Assembly: GCA_951406725.2 (NCBI GenBank) | Contig: OX597818.1 | Coordinates: forward strand, 55,676,001-55,740,000 | From: Octopus vulgaris | Taxonomy: Eukaryota | Length of the DNA: 64,000 bases | Reading direction: 5' to 3' | In this document: one piece after another, positions 63,371 to 64,000 of the stretch | Layout of the letters: each line of letters begins with the position of its first letter | How positions within the stretch are numbered: position 1 is the stretch's first letter | The notes under the pieces: generated by a model | What the model was told of the DNA's origin: nothing | Database searches by the model: none | The model's input: only the letters and a program-made list of their open reading frames with translations | Made by a program: the position numbers and the translations under genes

Positions 63371-63870
63371 ACACGCATACAAAGAGTCAAGTTAAAACAT
63401 TTACTCTGTCTAGTCATGCAGTAACAGTTTTGGAATTAGAATGAAATACTCCATTAATATTCTGAGCTGTCTGTGATGCTGTATTTCCAAGGAAGAACTC
63501 ACATTGAGAAGTTGTTCTTATGAAAATCAATATAACAATATAAAACAAACAGCACACGCACTCGTTGCCATTTCCTAATTTTAGTTACTAAATACTAATT
63601 TTTTTTTCTTCTCAGTGAAACGTAATACAAGACATTCTTGTTTTAATTATTTAATAAGAGGAGGAAGGGCAATAGCTATGACCTTCTTTTATGGCCTTCA
63701 AGGCTAGTGAGCATACTGGAATCCTAAACCAACTGCTGGTAACAATGGGTTCTCCTCCTAAAGTGCTCAAGAGCTGGGTGGTGGTGTTAACCACACAGCC
63801 ATACTTTACTGCTTGAAATGTAGGCCATAATATTATGTTAGATCTATGCATTTTTTGTTTTATGGTCAAG

Positions 63871-63908
63871 CAAGGGGCAAATTATCTGCAAAGATAATTT
63901 GCCCCTTG
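63871..63908. repeat. Perfect 17 bp inverted repeat with a GCAA loop
   Basis: caaggggcaaattatct-gcaa-agataatttgccccttg. Confidence 0.9.
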
Positions 63909-64000
63909 TACTGGTCATATTGAAAGTGTTGATGTCTGCATGGAAAAGTAGGAGCAGGAAGGGAATATCAGGGGTGGTTTAACACTTGGGAGAGAGACAT

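Overview
AT-rich eukaryotic DNA that reads as intronic or intergenic sequence dominated by interspersed repeats. The repeat families resemble, from memory, octopus (coleoid cephalopod) SINEs and RTE LINEs; that taxon is inference. No complete gene is present. The working labels below are mine. SINE-A: tRNA-like head, CORE-like segment, internal TA/TG microsatellite, (GTAAAAGA)n tail. SINE-B: about 230 bp with 9-19 bp TSDs. SINE-D: clear A/B boxes. SINE-G: SINE-A head with an RTE-like (GAT)n tail. RTE-3': 5'-truncated RTE LINE 3' ends with about 60 bp tandem units. Also present are decayed RTE, R4/Dong-like and CR1/L2 LINE coding fragments, and Tc1/mariner, pogo/Tigger, hAT, piggyBac (TTAA), Mutator-like, Helitron and Helentron-type non-autonomous elements. 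Almost all track ORFs are repeat artefacts. One credible coiled-coil internal exon (50462-50565) and a few weak exon candidates suggest a large + strand host gene. The most notable signals are a tandemly amplified compact H-type pseudoknot in the RTE 3'UTR, an apparently intact type I hammerhead ribozyme (30101-30152, -), two isolated strong hairpins and modular exchange among SINEs. Boundaries of old repeats are approximate.
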